Assembly: GCF_009914755.1 (NCBI RefSeq) | Contig: NC_060925.1 | DNA from: the human T2T-CHM13v2.0 reference genome, Homo sapiens | Length of the DNA: 64,000 nt | Strand: one strand, 5' to 3' | Part shown: piece after piece, positions 61,008 through 64,000 of the stretch | Numbering within the stretch: position 1 is the stretch's first letter | Layout: each line of letters begins with the position of its first letter | Notes under the pieces: generated by a model | What the model saw: the letters and a program-made list of their open reading frames with translations, nothing else | What the model was told of the DNA's origin: nothing | The model's database searches: none | Translations under genes and position numbers: made by a program

Positions 61008-61115
61008 AATGGGTGCAGCACACCAACATGGCACATGTATACATATGTAACAAACCAAACCTGCACGTTGTGCACATGTACCCTAGAACTTAAAGTATTA
61101 AAAAAAAAAAAAAAA
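61008..61115 (+). mobile_element. Tiny young L1PA 3' tail inserted in the older L1
   Basis: ATGGGTGCAGCACACCAACATGGCACATG...CTTAAAGTA plus poly(A); TSD AAAAG(A/G)T(T/C)ATTTACCT. Confidence 0.88.
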
Positions 61116-61383
61116 AAAAGGTCATTTACCTTGATTAAGTAAGAGTCATCCAGGGATGCAAGATGGTTCAATATGTGCTAATCAATAAATGTGATACCAA
61201 GAAAAAAACTACCTAATTATTTCAACAGATGCTGAAAAAGCATTTGATAAAATTTAACATGCCTTTATGACAAAAACCCTCAATACACTGGATATGGAAG
61301 GTACATACCTCAACACAATAACAGCCACATAAAACAGACTCACAGCTAATATCATACTGAATTTAAAAAAAGTTAAAGTCTTA

Positions 61384-61679
61384 GGCCGGGCACCGTGGCT
61401 CACGCCTGTAATCACAGCACTTTGGGAGGCCGAGGCGGGCAGATTACGAGGTCAGGAGATCAAGACCATCCTGGCTAACACGGTGAAACCCTGTCTCCAC
61501 TAAAAATACAAAAAATTAGCTGGGCATGGTGGCGGACGCCTGTAGTCCCAGCTACTCGGGAGGCTGAGGCAGGAGAATGGCGTGAACCGGGAGGCGGAGC
61601 TTGCAGTGAGCCGAGATCGCGCCACTGCACTCCAGCCTGGGCGACAGAGTGAGACTTCATCTCAAAAAAAAAAAAAAAA
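61384..61679 (+). mobile_element. AluY
   Basis: AluY diagnostics (GAGATCAAGACCATCCTGGCTAACACGG, GAATGGCGTGAACC, GGAGCTTGCAG). Confidence 0.93.
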
Positions 61680-61922
61680 CCACAGTCTTTCCTCTAAGAT
61701 CAGGAACAAGACAAGGATGATCATTTTTACCATTTTATTCAACGTAATATTGCAAGTCCTGCCTAGAGCAACCAGGCAAGAGAAGGAAATAAAAGGCATC
61801 CAAACTGGAAAGGAAGAAATAAAATTAGCACTGTTCATAGCTGACATAATCTTAGAAAAACCTAAAGACCACCAAAAAACTCTTGGAACTGATAAACGAG
61901 TTCAGTAAAGTTGCAGGATATA

Positions 61923-62207
61923 ACCAAGCACAGTAGCTCACACCTGTAATCTCAGCACTTTGGGAGGCTGAGGCAGGAGGAATGCTTGAGCCCAGGAGTT
62001 TAAGACCAGCTGGTCAACATAATGAGACCCTGTCTCTACAGAAAATTCTAAAAATTAGCCACCTGTGCTAGTGCACACTTGTAGTCTTAGCTACTCGGGA
62101 GGCTGAGGCAGGAGGATTGCTTGAGCCCAGGAGCACAAGGTTATAGTGAGCTATGATTGTGCTACTTCACTCCAGACAGAGCAAGACCCTGTCTCAAAAA
62201 CAAAAAA
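61923..62207 (+). mobile_element. AluJ
   Basis: Diverged dimeric Alu. Confidence 0.88.
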
Positions 62208-62326
62208 GTTGAAGAATATAAAATCAGCATACAAAAATCAGCTGCTATTATATATGCCAACAGTGAATCTGAAAAAGAAATTAAGAAAAAAATCCTATTT
62301 AAAAGAGCTACAAAGAATATAAAGTA

Positions 62327-62630
62327 GGCCAGGTGCAGTGGCTCAAGCCTGTAATCCCAGTACTTTGGGAGCCCAAGGCGGGCAGATCACTTGAGGCCAA
62401 CCTGGCCTCAAGTTTGAGACCAACCTGGCCAACATGGCAAAATCCTATCTCTACTAAAAATACAAAAATTAGCCTGGCATGGTGGCACATGCCTGTAATC
62501 CCAGCTACTCAGGAGGCTGAGGCACAAGAATAGCTTGAACCTGGGAGGCAAGGCGGAGATGAGCCAAGATCGTGCCACTACATTCCAGCCTGGGTGACCT
62601 AGTGAGACTATGTCTCAAAAAAAAAATAAT
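62327..62630 (+). mobile_element. AluS
   Basis: Dimeric Alu. Confidence 0.9.
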
Positions 62631-64000
62631 AATCTAAAATACCTAAGAATCAATTTTACCAAAGAAGTGCAAGATCTATACAAGGACAAGTATAAAGCAC
62701 TGATGAAGAGTTCACCAAAAACTGGATATTCCATCCTCATGAACTGGAAGAATTAATATTGTTAAAATGACAATTCTACTGAAAGCAATGGACAGATTCA
62801 ATGCACTCCCTATCAAAATACCAACGGCATTCTTCATAGAAACAGAAAAAGCAATCCCAAAATTTATACGGAACACAAAAGACCCGAGATGGCCAAAGCA
62901 ATCCTGAGCAAAAAGAACTAAACTGGAAGAATCACATTATCTGACTTCAAAATAGACTACAAAGCTATAATAACCAAATCAACAGGATTCTAGCATAAAT
63001 ACAGACACATAGACCAATGGAACAGAATAGAGAATCCAGATATAACTCCATGCATTTACAGATAAATCATTTTCAACAAAGGTGCCAAGAATATACAATA
63101 GAGAAAGGGTAGTTCCTCCAATAAATGGTTCTGGGAAAACTGGATAACCATTGCAGAAAAAAGAAACTAGATCCCAGTGTCCCACCGTACACAAAAATCA
63201 AATCAAAATGGATTAAAGACTTAAATATAAGACTTGAAATTATGAAGCTACTATAAGAAAACATTGGGGAAAATCTCCAGAACACTGGTCGGGGCAAAAA
63301 TTTTTTAGTAAGACCTCAAAAAGCACAGACAACAAAAGCAAAAATAAATGAATAGGATTACATCAAACTAAGAAGCTTCTGCATAACAAAGGAACCAATC
63401 AACAAAGTAAAGCGACAACCCACAGAATGGGAGAAAATATTTGCAAACTACCCATCTTATAAAGGATTAACGACCAGGATATATAAGAAGCTCAAGCAAC
63501 TCAACAGGAGAAGATAAAAAAAATCAGATTTAAAAATGGACAGAAGATCTGAATAGACATTTCTCAAAAGACATACAAATGGCCAACAGGTATATAAAAA
63601 AATACTCAACATCATTAATCATCAGAGCAATGCAAATCAAAACCGCAATGTTATCATCTCACCCAAGTTAAAATGGCTTTTAACAAAAAGGGAATGACAG
63701 ATAAGTGGTGAGGATGTGGAGAAAGGGGAACCCTCATAAACACTATTGGTAGAAATGTAAATTAGTATAGCTACTATGGAAAACTGTATGGAGGTTATGC
63801 AAAACTAAAAAATGAACTATTGTATAATCCAGCAATCCACTACTGGGTATACAGATCCGAAAGAAGGGAAATAAATATATCAAAGAGATATCTGCACTCC
63901 TTGTTTTTATTATGGCACTATTAATAATAGCCAAAATATATAATCAACTTAAGTGTCCATCAATGGATGAATGGATAAAGAAAATGTAGTATATACATAC

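Larger units (their letters stand above)
57400..64000 (+). mobile_element. Old L1 block (L1M fragment followed by a long L1 ORF1-end/ORF2), with nested insertions
   Basis: Degenerate ORF1, endonuclease and RT peptides ([37 protein letters not shown]). Confidence 0.82.

Overview
Human (primate) genomic DNA, AT-rich and dominated by repeats. The right half holds the 3' part of UCHL5/UCH37 on the minus strand: eight GT-AG exons encoding residues 83-329, with the stop at 39559 and a probable long 3'UTR to about 35460. The same gene shows sequence-visible alternative splicing: a NAGNAG acceptor, an in-frame Alu exon and two alternative C-terminal exons, one built from a MER5 element. The left half is intergenic. 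It contains a Charlie3 hAT transposon split by a deleted HERV-H provirus, an LTR12C inside an L2, a Tigger1 split by an L1, and a 4-kb TSD-flanked processed pseudogene of ZNF101. The most striking signal is in that retrocopy: its inverted Alu pair carries a one-strand excess of A-to-G changes, which looks like ADAR A-to-I editing of the source mRNA fixed in DNA. The retrocopy also comes from an exon-skipped, KRAB-A-only transcript and carries a MER41 fragment with a STAT (GAS) motif. Repeat families, subfamilies and parent-gene comparisons were recognised from memory of consensus sequences, so repeat boundaries are approximate unless a TSD is given.
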